From Adineta vaga (lineage: Eukaryota > Animalia > Rotifera), in NCBI GenBank assembly GCA_021613535.1, contig CP075497.1, forward strand, positions 6,076,001-6,140,000: a DNA stretch of 64,000 nt, written 5' to 3'. Under the pieces are notes generated by a model. That model made no database searches. It was not told the origin of the DNA and was given only the letters and a program-made list of their open reading frames with translations. A program made the translations under genes and the position numbers. Position 1 is the stretch's first letter, and each line of letters opens with the position of its first letter. This document shows, piece by piece, positions 26,153 through 40,721 of this stretch.

Positions 26153-27108
26153 ATATGTCTCCTTTTTTTCTCTTTTCTCACTTCCTTCTTATCGTCTTTA
26201 TCTTTCTGCAGATTAGTTGTTTTCAAAAAACTCTCTTTTTGGTGATTTTCTTGTTACATGATATCATTTGTTTTTCTTTTCTTTTATATTGTTCTTTTTC
26301 ACCGGTGCAGTAACATCATTATCATCGCTATCAGACGCAGCATTATTCTTCTATACTTCTTTTGTGTCTTGCCATTACCAACTCAACAATATATATACAT
26401 ATTTCTTTCTCATATTTGATTGTAACACTGGTGCTCGCTTTCCTAACTTCTTCATCTTTTGTTCGGTTTCTCTTTTTTTGTCCGTCGATATATATATGTA
26501 TACATTGAAATGTCTGACTGTCAAAGATGGTTGTATGATCGTTTTCTTTTTGATTGTATTCATTATTATGGTTCATCAGTGTAGAATATGAAAGAAAAAA
26601 AGAAGTTTATTTTGCTATCTTTCAAAGTTAATTAGAAAACAAAGGAAGGAAGAATAGGATTTTACAATTTGTTTTGCTTCAAGGTACAATTCGAATGATG
26701 GTATATAGTGGAAAAAAATAGAATGTTCTGTAAGTTTAATATGGAAATTTCTGTCCAATCTTTTAGTACAGATTTCGATAGAATGTATAAATCACTTTTG
26801 TCAGTATATACTTTAAGAATGATACATGACTCAGAGACGATTTATGATAAAAATATTTGCCTTCTCATGACTGTATAAGTTGATATTTATCTTTATATGT
26901 ACTTCGAAAAAAAAACGTATCATATGATATCGAAAAAGCCATGAAATTATTGTAATTGACTGAGTAATATTTATATCGTTATTTCCCTCCTATGAATTTC
27001 TATGATCAGGTGACAGCGTTCTCAATAATAAACACGAAAAATCTCAATGATGTGCAAGTATTGTAAAAAAAAAGAAGAGAAGAATCTGATTGAAATCTTA
27101 TTTATTTA

Positions 27109-27667
27109 TTAATTCAATTCAGTCATTATTTTAACGAATTCTTCATAACGAATCTTTCCATCACAATAAATATCTGCATCTTCCATCATTTCATCTGCTT
27201 CTTCACTTGTTAATTTTTCTCCCAGATGCGTCATTATATACAACAATTCTTCTTTGGTTATAAAACCTAATTTTATCAAAAAAAAAACAAATCATAAGAA
27301 ATATCTATGTGCATTTTCTCCTTTATGATTGTAAAGAAACACTTTAGGTACTAATCGTCAAAGTAATCATACCTTGACCTTCTTTATCAAAAACACGAAA
27401 TGCTTCAATAATATCAATTTCATCCTCTATTTCATTTGTTAAACTAATCAAGATGTGTAGAAATTGTTGAAAATTGATTTCATCGATTTGATTTCGTTCA
27501 TAGTCATCTTGAATTTCTTTTATTTTCATTTCATTTGGATATAAACCAATCGATCGAATGATTACACCTAAATCATTGATATTGATTCGACCAATTTTTT
27601 GACGATCAAAAAAAACAAAGATTTCTTGATATTCATCGATTTTCTCATGTGATGGACAATCGAGCAT
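27109..27667 (-). CDS. Calmodulin-like EF-hand protein (intron 27267-27372)
   Basis: [12 protein letters not shown]|[47 protein letters not shown]; N-lobe loops are degenerate. Confidence 0.85.
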
Positions 27668-28080
27668 ATTCTCTTTATTGTCTTGAAAAACGCGCCATAT
27701 TCTCAACTAATTAAGAGTAATTGACTTCAAGTTTTGAAAAATCTATTAGGGTCTAATAACTCTTAATGTTTATATATTATAACTATCAACAATATAATAA
27801 ATTCTCTATATCAACAAGTGATAAGAGATTATTCTGCTGATTTACGATATCCTAGGAAGTTTATAATTTTGACAATATATAAATCGTCTTTCTCAAGACA
27901 AAAGTAAATACTCATACGATTATATTTAGAAAATCGATTTCATCAAAATATATTTTCCTTGCTTTCCTTCTTCCTTTTTACATCTCCTGATGTTTTATTA
28001 TTGATTAGTATCGTTAAATATCGATTTGAAATTCTCAGATAATTTTTTCAAAATTTTGAGTTATACTTATATCCTTGATG

Positions 28081-31000
28081 GCCTCGATTTGTCTATCTTT
28101 CGATAGTCAAACGAGTGTCAATGAACAGTTGACAAGGGTTGTCTGTCTATCGATCGTTTTATAAGTATATGTATACTTTACAATACATACATATATATGT
28201 ATATGTATATACACCTCGTGCACGCTCTTATGACGTCGATTTTCGTATCTTATCGTAATAGTCGCTATTCTTTCTCTCCCTTATTCTCTCTTTTCGCTTT
28301 CTTTCATTTCACTCTTTCGTTTACTTCACGTCACTACCTCTCACATCCCTATCATTCTCTCTCTCATACACTGTTGTGTGTATATTTTTTTTATAACTTT
28401 CTGCTTGTCTATATGTATATTGACTTCAGACGACGCGTGTTTGTGGCATATATACTTCATCATTTCATTTTCGCTCTGTTGTTTATTTCTTCGACACATG
28501 CACTCGTACATGCGCATGTCAAATAGATAAGCAGCTACTATAAGCATGTCGACATGATCAACAACGAAAAAGACTTTTTCGTCAACAAGATATTGACGAC
28601 GACAAAAGCAAAACTTCGAGTAAGGCAAAACTTGAAAATTGACAGCTGGATTGACTACATGCTGATAAAGCAAATCGTAAAGAGAAGATTTCTAATGACC
28701 ATGTACGAGATAGGTCGTGATATTTACGCATGCTGAGAATTCGACACATATGCACATTTGTTCGACAATCTTGACACGTATTCTATTGTCATCAGACAAT
28801 TTTTTGGCTAGTTGAGTAAGATCACAACAACAAAAACAACATTTTCCGATAGAAAAAAAGTCAGCAGGCAAAGTATTTGAACGATCGCGTATATAAATAG
28901 AGAAATGACAGCTGTTTGAGTTAGTTTGATTGTGAGTTTTGATGATCATTATCATGTTAAAAGAGTAAAGAAATGATCTTTCTACTTGTTGAACTCTACA
29001 GGAATCCGACTGATGACAAGGAATAAATATTAATAACAGACATTCTTGATAATAAGACAATAGTATATGGATGAAACGATATAATTATTATTAAGTTCGA
29101 AAGGACAAACTCTTCCTTCTGTCTATCTATCTGTCATATTTATGTCAAATCTTGTCTTCAAGATTTCAGCTTACGTACTCATCAATCAATAACTTCTCTT
29201 TAACATGGAATCTTTTGACAGACCATTGTCTTGTCTACATGACACAACTCCTTGTTTCCCTCTCTCTCTCTAAATATTGTTATTTCAACCGATGACGCGA
29301 TCAAGTGATACATGTTTTTCCGATTTACTTCTGACTTCTCGATGCATTGATAATAGAAGATTAGAACTGTGCACAGTAGTATCAATACAATCATTTGATG
29401 TGTACATATGAGAAGTAAGCAAAAATAATTGAGAAGTAGAAAAAGACCACATAGAAATGGATATTCATCAGTAAATTACTGATTTATATTCTTCTTTCTT
29501 TGTTTGATGTCGATGTAATCATCATCACACCAGCACATTACCGTCATAGTGAAGAAAAGATCATACTCATGAAGATACATACTGATGAGCGTAGCAAACC
29601 AATATATGCGTACAGATGAGAGAGAAGAAGAAGAGGAGTAAGTCATATATAATATAAATAGAGAGAAAATAAATTGAGTTAAGCGTATCCAGGTGAGTAA
29701 TATTGTCATTGATTTCTTCGTTATATATCTCTTCGTTATTTATTAGATATTCAAATAACAAAAGATAAGTATCAATCAAAAGTTTATCATTATTTTCTTC
29801 TTCTCAAGAAAATGTACGATATATGTATAGGTTTGATTATTTTTATTTCTATTCGATCCAATATTGTTATTACTGTAGCAATACAAATGTATAATGAACA
29901 TATAGAAAAAAATAATCAAATCAAAATGTTTCTTTATTATCATATAAATATTTATAGATATCGTTTCATATATCGTTCATTTCGTTTATATACAACTAAT
30001 AAACTGAGAAGTCTATCATCTGTTCATTTATCATATTCACTTAAACACCTGATGATTTAAATCAAATCATTTCTTTATTGGATATGTTAAATGCGTCGGG
30101 GTCAACAAAGAATATGTACTAGAGAGAGAGAGAAAGACAGAATTGTTGACTGTCATATATTAACGAGTAGTTTTTCTATTTAAAAGTAAAATACTTTCTC
30201 ATCAAGTGCCAATACGTGACAAAAATATGTCGCCAGTATGGCAATAATTTGTACTGTAAAGTTATTTTGTTGAAATGTGTTAGTAATGTATAATTATAAT
30301 AGAAAAAAACTACGTCAATAGAAGCTTTCTTCGGGATAAAAATCATCCATCTGTGTGAATAAATTAGAGAAACGTTTTTTTTACCTTTCAAATTATTGTC
30401 GTTCGTTCTGTTTTTTCTATGTCATTTTGACGTTCGCAAATTTTTTTTTGTTATTTTGTATCTTATCAAAATATATTCATAGAGCAAACAGTGGATATAT
30501 CGTACGAGCGAAGAGACGCATGCGCACAACAGCCGAAAGACACTTAGTTGACAGGAGAAAAAAAAAGAACAAGAGAAAAAGAAAAACGTCAGAGAAACCA
30601 AATCATTCTTTAGCATGGGTTTATACGTCACTATATTCATTGACAGCTGGCTAGTCATAGTCAATGAGATTGAGCAACTGTTTTTTTTGTATGAATATTG
30701 AAATGTACAGAGAGAAACAGCTGCTAAACAAATACTAAAAAATGCGTTTTCTATTGTTACATATTCGCTTGAATAAAATGTCTATTATGTGCCATGTCGA
30801 TTAGTTTACGACGATCTATACTGTTGATGACAGTGATGATCGTGTCGTTTTCGAACTCAGCTGATCGAAATATGGTCGGTTTTTCTTCTTCTTCTTCTTC
30901 TTAATTATTATTGATGAAAAGCGAATTAACATTGGCCCAAATCAATTATAGTGATGTGTCAGTACACCAAATTGACAAGAGAAAAACGCGAAATTGTGCT

Positions 31001-34000
31001 ATGTAGGATGAAGATAAATAATGTGGGAATGATGACAAGAGGTTAGTTGAATTGAGAAGATGCAGACAGACAGAGAGAGAGAGAGACATCAATTGTCTGT
31101 TGATATAATGCAAACTACCCAAAATATTATGAGTCCATTAGAGAGAATTATTGTTTGATCGTGTATAGGTAGAAAAAAAAGCAATCAAGGATAAAGTAGT
31201 GGACCTATTGTATATGTATTTATATTTTTCAATGGTTTAGCTTATAATTGAAGTTAAATGGTATTTTACCGGAAGCTCTTTTTCTTTCCCTCTCCTATCG
31301 ACGTTTCACTTTTTCTCTCAATCTCATAAGAGGGACAGTTGAACACGCCCCAAGGGTGTTCATATATTTACTTTTGTGGTGTTGATTTTTGTTTCGTTTG
31401 TTAGAGAATGAGAAGTGACATAATGAGTGGATAGCCTTCTTCCTTCTCCTCCTCCGCCTCCTCTTCATCCACCCCTCTATTTCTTCTCCCTCATCACCTT
31501 CTTTCGTTTCTATAATCAATACATAAATGACAACCGGTGACATTTCGGATCGATGGTCCATTGGGAAACGCACGTACGAGAATAAGTATAGATAGCTCGA
31601 CAACCTTTGTATCTTTTTCTCATCATAATAGTTTTTAACAGTCGAGAACGAAAGAACGACTATCATCATCATCGTCGTCTCCTTCGATTCATTTTAAGTG
31701 ATCCATTCAATTGATGTGCATGATGGATTAGGTAAAGAAATGATTCGGAAAATATTTGTTCGTTTCGCTCTTTTCTCCTTCTCTACTCTTTTCTGCAACC
31801 GATTTATAGTGAGAGTTTAGCATTATTTTCTTATTTTTACCTTTTATTTTGATTACTGTCCTTGTCTTCACCTTGTCTATGTTATACGTCAAATTTTAAG
31901 TTGACAATTTTGACATATATCATCGATTATTTCTATCTGTATATAAAATCTAACGTTTTCTTCTTCGAATTTCAGATGTCTTTCTTTTTTCCTTCGACTG
32001 TGACGTTTCGTCACATGCCGTTACGCACTAACATTCTTTTGTTGTTGTACAGCGTTCTATTTCACTTCTTTTCACTTTACTCAAGTGAATGAGTGTGCCT
32101 TTTGCTCGTTTTTTTTCCTTTTTTCTAGATGTATACATATCAGAAACCTTCCTTTAATTTATACCTTCAGATAGATCGAAATTGAAGTGTGTCGGTGTTT
32201 ACTTTATCAGATTTCCTTCGAGCATTTCAAAACAACAAATTCTTTCTTCTTATTGGATACACTTAAATAAGTAGTAGTGTGACAAATTCCTCTTTTTTCT
32301 AAACGAGTTAAACAAAAGAAAAGGCAATCATAATTCAATTGAAAACGAAAAAGAAATAATGCAAAAGAGCGACAAAAGACAGTGAAGGCACTTAAGAAAA
32401 AGAAAGATATACCTGTGCTTACAGCAGTAGATAACGAGATTTGACAAAAGGGCACATATATGATGTAAGTTCTCGCTTTTCTCTTTTTTTCTTGTTGTTG
32501 TTCTATTAGAAAGATGTATATTTAACCACTGGTTTGGAACACCTGTACTTATTTTATTAGACGTTTCTTTCATCTCAGCAGGAAATAAAAAATTTGATTG
32601 ACAGATTGACTAATTTTCAGTAACAGAAAAAGCTACCCTAGAAATAGTTCAACTCATGCTGAGTATAACAATGGATCTTCTTCTTCTTCTTCTTCGATCA
32701 ACGTTATCTCGTTTTCTTTCTTTTGTCCATCAATCATCTTTAACAACACATACATATATACACATTCCAAGGCAAACAGTTTTCTTTCTCTCTCTTTCTC
32801 CTGGTTTTTTTTCTATGCTTAACAGATATAGATGATAGGATATTGAAACAAGTAGTTTGTTTCCTTCGTCCTACTTAGTCTCTCTTTAACGGATGCTGTT
32901 GATATGATGATAGATATTGGCAGACAGCTGTTGAGGTGTCTGTTTGACTGCACACGCGTAATTAGTGTTGAAAGATTTTCTTCTTAGCTACTTAGAAATC
33001 TATTTATTTATACTCATCATATATATATATCTATTGAGGATAAATAAAACCATCCAATAAATATCGAAGTTCAAGGCTTTTACTTAAGACTTTAATTTAA
33101 AAATGGAATTGAATCCCTTTCTTTCGTGTAATCTTTCGATAGATTGTCTTTTACACATACGTACGCCTATGTTGTTTCTTTTTCGCTATAATTCGTATCT
33201 ATACATAGAGAGATACTGAGAGTATGTATGTGTATATATGTGTAGACGTGGTGATTATGATCAATGAGGCTCATCATTCGATGCAAGACGAAAGGCAGTG
33301 ATTTTCACCTATGCGTTTTCTCATTTGATCGAAATCATATGCATTAAATTAATCATTTTTCGTGTATCGATTTCTTTTCTCTTTCCTCCTCTCTCTCTCT
33401 CTTTCATTTTCTTTTTGACATCCAATAAGATGATGTCACACATTTTTATCTTTTCTCAATCGTATGATATACTATAAGGATGATAATGATGATGATGATG
33501 ATGATTACTCGATGAGAAGAAAAAGAGAAAGAGAAGGAGAGAGAGAGCGAGCGAGCGAGCGAGCGAATGGAAGAATAATAACAATGAAGAAAAGAAAAAT
33601 AGAAGGACTGTATTGACTGATACGTCAAATAATGGGTTAATGACAATCGAGCAAGTTTCATATTCCCTTCCTAACTATTATCATTAGAACAATAAGGAAA
33701 AGATGTGCAATCGAATGAGTTTCGAAGAGATGACATCTGTCTTCTTTCAACACAAACTTGATAAGAAAGAACATTAGAAGAGAGAATGTCTCAATTTATC
33801 TTCATTTTAGATAGTTATTGATAAGAAAAAAGAGAGAAGAAAAGAAAAGCAAAACGAATCCAACACATAATTTCTCCCATCAGCTGAGCTTTTTATAGAA
33901 AAGAACAGAGAAAAAACTGATTCTGTTCTTTTTCGTTCTTTTCATTCAAGAACTAATCATATGATAATTATGAAATTTAAAGTCGATTGAAGTTATTTTA

Positions 34001-34400
34001 TTCTGTGCCTTTCTTTTTTAGTACTATTACTTCAATACAAAGAAAAACACAGAAAGACAATCTAAGAACCATCTGTATTTGATTCTCGACTATAAAAAAA
34101 CGGAGAGAAAAATCTTAGAAGAAGGAGAAACACGTCGGACGACACACACGGTACGCATTCTCAGATAGTGTAAGATAAGAAAGACATTTTTTTTGCTCGA
34201 CGTTCTTTTTTGTTATAATGTTTCACAGTGCACCTGACAGATAATTTAACATCATCTTCAATTGCTTGTATTGTGCATTGTCATTGTTACCTATTTGATA
34301 ATCGCTAATCGAGTAATGACATTTGATTTCACCTATCTATTGTGACAGGCCATTTTCTTCATTTTTTTACCTATAATACGATACAATTATACGATTTGAA
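28081..34400. promoter_or_regulatory. Long non-coding region upstream of TGIF, rich in TGACA/TGTCA TALE-homeodomain sites
   Basis: No credible spliced ORF. About 38 TGACA/TGTCA counted by eye; TGACAGCTG at 28640, 28906 and 30641. Confidence 0.55.
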
Positions 34401-34480
34401 CGTCAATTGAGTTCATTTTTTTCATTCGTTATATTTTATGTTCTTTCGACATTGTAGAAAAATTATTCTTATCTTTTTCG

Positions 34481-35761
34481 ATGATTGAGCAGCCAACTGA
34501 TTTATACACTAAGAATCATTCACAAACAATTCCACATTATCAAACAATGACAAATCTCCTATCATCTTCCTATCTTTCTCCATCACCACCATCGTCGACA
34601 ACTTCAACAACATTGCCACCTTCATCATCATCATCATCATCTTCGTCTTCTCCTTCATCGACAACAAACTGTACTAATCATGATCTTTTTTATTCTTCGT
34701 CTATCTACCATCATTCAGCTGAAGTTATTGTTAGTCCACATCGTTCATCTCTAATGAATTCAACACATTCATCATCATCATCATCATCATCTTCATTTCA
34801 TTATCCTCATCAACAACAAAAAATTCGAAATCGTCCTAGTGATCAAACAGATTCTGATTGTGATCTTGATAGTTCATCGAATTCAATATTATCATCATCA
34901 TCATCATCAACAACACATAATATTAATTTAACAAATTCATCGTCGAAATTAAAAAAACGACGAGCTAATTTACCGAAAGATAGTGTAAGTAAAAAGAATC
35001 ATTTCTGTGTTCGACATTAAAAAATGAATTTTCTTTCCAAATTCTAGGTACGAATACTAAAAACATGGTTATATGAACATCGTTATAATGCTTATCCTAC
35101 AGATGATGAAAAAGCGAATCTTTCTCGTCGCGCTGATTTATCTATTAATCAAGTTTGTAATTGGTTTATAAATGCTCGACGACGTATTTTGCCTGATTTA
35201 TTGAAAAAAGAAGGTACTGATCCAAAAAAATTTACTATATCCAGACGATTTTCTCGTGATCAAAAACGTTTGTCACCATCATCAGCGATTTGTTCGACTA
35301 GTGGAGAAAATACTTCAACTGAAAGCATTACTACAACAACAGTAACAGATAATTCAGCGTCCCAACCACTTGTGAAAATTAATGTTATTACTGAACGTAG
35401 TTCTTCACCTTCATTAATACTTGCAAATAACTCAAATGTGCTCAATAAACAATTATCACAGCAGATAGACAACTCATCATCGACTGATCCTTGTTGTAGT
35501 GTATCAACGAGGCATCATGTTCTACTAAAATCTATTCGTGATCCAACCGTTATTAATCTAATATCAACTGATTCGAAACAAGCACAAACACGTTTGATAT
35601 GTTCACCGGATTCGTTATCAACATCATCGAATTCAACAAATAGTTCAAGTGGTGATCTTGCCGGTTTTCAACTTCTTGTTGATGTAGCTGTAAGAGAACT
35701 ACATAGAATACAACAAGGAAATGGTAATAGCAATGGTAATTTAGCGCTCCTTTGCAACTGA
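34481..35761 (+). CDS. TGIF: TGIF-class TALE homeobox transcription factor (intron 34985-35047)
   Basis: [11 protein letters not shown]|[22 protein letters not shown]...[33 protein letters not shown]; C-terminal FQLLVDVA Sin3-interaction motif; N-terminal PTDLY CtBP-like motif. Confidence 0.93.
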
Positions 35762-36923
35762 ATATTCCCTGTGTCTTCCTTTAAACCTTTTGCCAAAAAT
35801 CAGTCCGCCATTTCTGTTTTCTTCTTCTTCATATGTGTGCGTGCGTGTGTGTGTGTGTAAACAGTATGTTTTTTTGTTCACCCTCGTTGATAACCCTGGT
35901 TTCTTCTGCTTCTTCTTTTTCCTGTCTTTGGTCAACATTGTTTTCTTTTGTTCATTTTCTTTTCCGATCATTTTGTTTGTTTATTCGTTTTTTTTCTTGT
36001 TTCACTTTTTTCTCTTTTTTTTACGTTCAGGGTCCTTTGTTTCTTTCTTTTCGTACATGGTGCTTTAGTTCATTCATAAGATGAGGAATAAACAGAAAAA
36101 CATATAATGGTATATATATATATTCATAGAAATATATATATATATATACATATGTCAAAAAATGTTGAAGATATTGAATTAATATGATTTCTTGACAACG
36201 CCTTCCTTTTGTCAATTCAATTAAGAGGAAGAGCTATTATCGTGAATTGTTTCTTTACTCGTATGAGGAAATATCTTGTTTTCTCAATAAACAAAAGAGC
36301 ATATGAAATGTTGTTTACATTGACAGTCAATTAAAAAAGCAAAAGAATCTTTATGTTTAGTTGTTACTCATGTGTATTTAACTGATGTTTTTCTTTTTCT
36401 TTCTTTCTCTCGCTCTTTAGTAATAACTCGATCAATTTGATTGATGATTGTTTAGTAGAAACAATTGAAGATTTGTCTTTCTTTAGCTTAATCTCGTTGA
36501 CCAGAGTACATTTACTTTCATCGATCGTAAAGATGAGCGTGATGAGATGATTGATCATAAATGTGTTTAATCGTGCGCTAGCATAATGGTGAATGATGAG
36601 ACATACTCATAGTGGATGACTGGAATGCGGCGTTGATTATCGTTCAAGTTCATCGTTATTCGCTCGATTACATTGCATTTACCTATCATCATTTGATGAC
36701 AACCGATCAATCGTAATCAGTAAAAACACGATATCGTCATAATCTCTTTTTCGAGATGAAAAGTCTAGTCAAATAGATTTCTGACATATTTATAGTTATA
36801 TATATATATATATATATAGGATAACGATTTTCTTTGTTTGATAAGAAGGAAACAAATTTGATTACATATAAAGCATTTATTTTAAAAAGAATAAACGTAT
36901 ACAAATAAGTAATCGAATTAGTC

Positions 36924-39900
36924 TTATTTCTTTTTCTTGCCTTTTTTACCCTTTTTACCTTTTTTACCTTTACCACCTTTCTTTTTTCCTTTTTTTCCTT
37001 TACCATCACCTTCACCAGATTCTTGTTCTTCGAGAAATCGTTCATGTTTTTTTCCTAATGGAGTTTTTTTCCACCAACTCTATAAAATAAAACATCATTT
37101 AAATTACTATAGAAACGTCGAAGACATTCGTTTTTTCTCTCTCTCTCTCTCTCTCTCTTTCTTTCGAATCATACTTTCAATGCATTTTCTTCTTCTTTAT
37201 ATATCGCATTACGTTGTGTTAGACCAGAAATAAAATCAGAAGCTTGTAATGGATGTTTTGCCATTTTAGCTAAACGTCTTTCTGTTAGAACTTCAACAAT
37301 TGTATCATGAATATGTCCAGATGAATAAGCATCCGATAATTTTGCTAATGATGTCAAATCAAGTGTTGGAGTTATAATACCACCATATTTAGGAATCAAA
37401 GTTTTCCACAATACTAAGAAGATAAAAAGAGAAAAATTGATATTAACTATATACTTTTTGATCTATCGTCATTTAATTGATATCTATTCATTTCATTTGA
37501 AATACTCAGATTATCAATTAGCACTTGATTAAAGATTGTATGTATAGTATAGCTTCCGTACGCTATGACAATTGTCTAATCTGTTATTATACTACATTAT
37601 TTGACAGCTGACGTCAAAATGTACTGGTTTCTAAACTTTCATATTGTCTGAAGGTCGTTGATATTGATTTAGAAAGCAAATGACTAAAGTACTCACATAA
37701 TCGAGTGCCATATTCTGGACGTGGTAATAGAATACAACGTGAAAAGACTTTCATCATTGGTTTTGGAGTTGCTTGGTAGGGTTCATTTGAAATTCCAACT
37801 AATAAAACTCGATCTCCATGTTTAATTAATTTCAGCCATTTTGGTAAAGCTTTCGCCAAACGTTTTGGTTCAAACTACATAAGAAAAAGAAAGAATCGAA
37901 TATGATTATCAATTCGTCTTTTCATACTTGTTTTTCTTCAGGTTTCAACTTCTTTTTGTATAATTTCTCACAATTATCAATCAAAATTACTGTTGGTTGT
38001 AAAGATTTGCCAACCTATGTATAAAATCAAATAAATGAAAAAAAAATCTAATGATTGATTTACTTTTGAACATAAATGTAACAACATTTTTCTTCCTTCT
38101 TTTTCACGATAAGTTTCAAAAATATTTGACGGTGTTATATCAAATAAATTAGCACCCAATTCATTGCATATTGCATGAAGTAACATATGTTTACCACATC
38201 CACGAGGTCCACAAATAAGTAAACCTTTCACCTGTGGTGCTGTTTCATGAACTTTTTCTGATCCTAAATAGATTCCCATAGAATAAAAGTTTTCAAATCA
38301 ATCAAGAGATTTTACAAACCAAATGGTAAAACTCCATATAATGCAGCTAATTGTTTTGCATCATACATAGTTGGCATTGGTTCATGTTTAGCTTGACGAA
38401 CTAAACTTGGTAGGTAATTAAAATCACCAATGAAATCATCAAGAGCAACTTTTGGTGGACGAACTATGATACGATTCATAACGAGTTCTTCATATAAAGA
38501 TTCGATCGTTCGATCCGGAGTCAAATCTTTCTCTTTCTTCTTCTTCTTCTTCTTCTTCTAAACAAAGCAAACCAAACACAAGATATAGATTTTTCAAATC
38601 ATTCAATTGATTTATTTTACCTTCTTCTTCTTCTTCTTCTTCTTCTTCTTTTGTTTAGTTTTATCAATCGCCTAAAATAACCATTTGGAATTGGACTTTC
38701 GCCTGGGAAATAAAACTACAAACCGCTTTTAAGTTTTTCAATTCTTCACGCATCAAGGCATCGACTTCAATTCGAACTTCATCGACAACTTCAGCTCGTT
38801 TTTCTTCTTTAACTATTTCAGCATCATAATTTTGTTCGAAATTACTCGATTCATCTCGTGTTTCCCAAAAATCTAATTTATAACAAAGAAAGTTAGACAG
38901 ATGATTTCTATTCAGAATTTACTTTGATATGTTGTTGTTGATGGTTTAATCATTTCATTAACAAATTCCGATTCAGGTAATGTCCAACCTTCATCATCAT
39001 CCTTCGAGAAAGAATAAAAATGAATTTTTTAAACGTATTTATTGATAATTACATACTTTCTTCTTCTTCTTCTTCTTTCCTTTCTTTCCTAAAATGAAAT
39101 AATTCGTTATTTTTTCTTTTTAAAATTAGAATAAGTGATAATATTACCTTTCTTTTCTTTCTTTTTCTTCTTTCCTTTTTTGCCTAAAAAATTAATCAAA
39201 TAGATACACAAAACATCTCTAAAAGTCATTTACCTTTCTTATCTTTTCCTTTCTTGCCTTTACTTTCCATTTTCTAAAAGCCAATTCGAATAAGTAAATT
39301 TATAAATAATTAATTGTTTTAAATCTTACAGCATTAAGTTCTGCTTGTACTTCACCAAGTGTTTTATTTGCAAAAATTGCATTCGATCCACCATCATCTT
39401 CATCTGGAAAATCTGGAAATTTCTTCGAAGCATTTCTATAAACAAACATTGATGATTACATGGAAATGAAAAGTTAATTTCATTCATACCGGCATTCAAT
39501 AAACCATTGACGAATTTGATCTTGTAAACGTTCTTTCATATCAGGTCCTTCTGTTTGTTTGATTTTTTCACGTGTTGCTATTAATGCTTGTTGATAATTA
39601 ATTTCATGTTTTTCTTGTCGTTTACGTCGTTCATCTTCATTGGCTCGAACATTAGCTATTAAATGTTTTAATGGATCTTTATGGAATGTTGGCATAGCCT
39701 AAAAATGTATGTAGAAAGAAATATCAATGCTGAAAAAAAACATCTTACCATTCCTAGAAACATGTATTCTTCATCACGAAATTTTTTTGCTTCTCGTCGT
39801 ACAACATGTCGCCGATAGTATTTCTGAATAATGGTTGCGGCTAAACTTTTATCCATTTTCGATTCTCCCATATTTGCACGTTGTCGAGCACGTTGATCGT

Positions 39901-40651
39901 TCAATCGTAATTCTCTAATTTGTTTTGCACGTAAACGTCCTTGTCGAGCTCGTTCATGAGTTTGAATAATTCGAATTGCATCATCCATTGACATTATACC
40001 AGTACCATCTGGTTTTTCATTTTCCGATGTCATTCGTGCTAGAATTTGACCAAGAAGTCGTTCACGTTTTTCGATTGCTTGTGCACGTTCAAGTACGAAA
40101 TAATTTGGAATGGGAATTTCTAAATCAGTCTAAAACAAATACAAAAGATTTTCGATGACATTTTTCTTATAGAAATTAACTAACTGGTGTTAATTTTAAA
40201 TCAGCAAGAATATCATCAAAATAATGATATTCTGAATAATCCATAGTAATCATTTCATGTTTTAATTCTATAATTCGTCCCATAACACCATCAAGAACAG
40301 CTCGTATCAATCGTCTTTTTTGTGGATGTACTATTTGATCATAACATTGTTCTAATTTTCGGAATATTTGTACATATTTCACAAACATTGTCGCAACTAA
40401 TTGAAAAGCTGCATTGATATCCTGTTCAAAGGAGAATAGTCTATTTTTAAAATTCCATCAAAATATGATTACATACGGTTTCTGGTGCTCGTGGTTGTGC
40501 TGGCGTTTCGATAGCCAGCATATCGGCCACGGCAAGTTGTGCATCCTGCCATTGTTTGTTATACGAACTAAAAAATAGATTAGAATTTATTTATATTTTC
40601 TCGTATGAACGAGAAAAAACAAGAACTAATAGACACTTACATATGCGACAT
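36924..40651 (-). CDS. IQCA1: IQ and AAA domain-containing protein 1 (dynein regulatory complex DRC11)
   Basis: MSHI|[61 protein letters not shown] motif, Walker [24 protein letters not shown], Lys-rich C-terminus. Confidence 0.92.
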
Positions 40652-40721
40652 AGTTGTATGCCGTTTATTTCGCTTCTAAATGCATCGTATATGTATATGA
40701 TCTATTCTCATTTGAGAAATT

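Noticed and set aside
33481-33570. (GAT)n, (GA)n and (GAGC)n short repeats
   Set aside because: Ordinary microsatellites, common throughout the window.
28197-33661. Many 60-125 aa ORFs upstream of TGIF
   Set aside because: Low-complexity F/L/K-rich translations of AT and microsatellite tracts, with no motifs or consistent exon chains.
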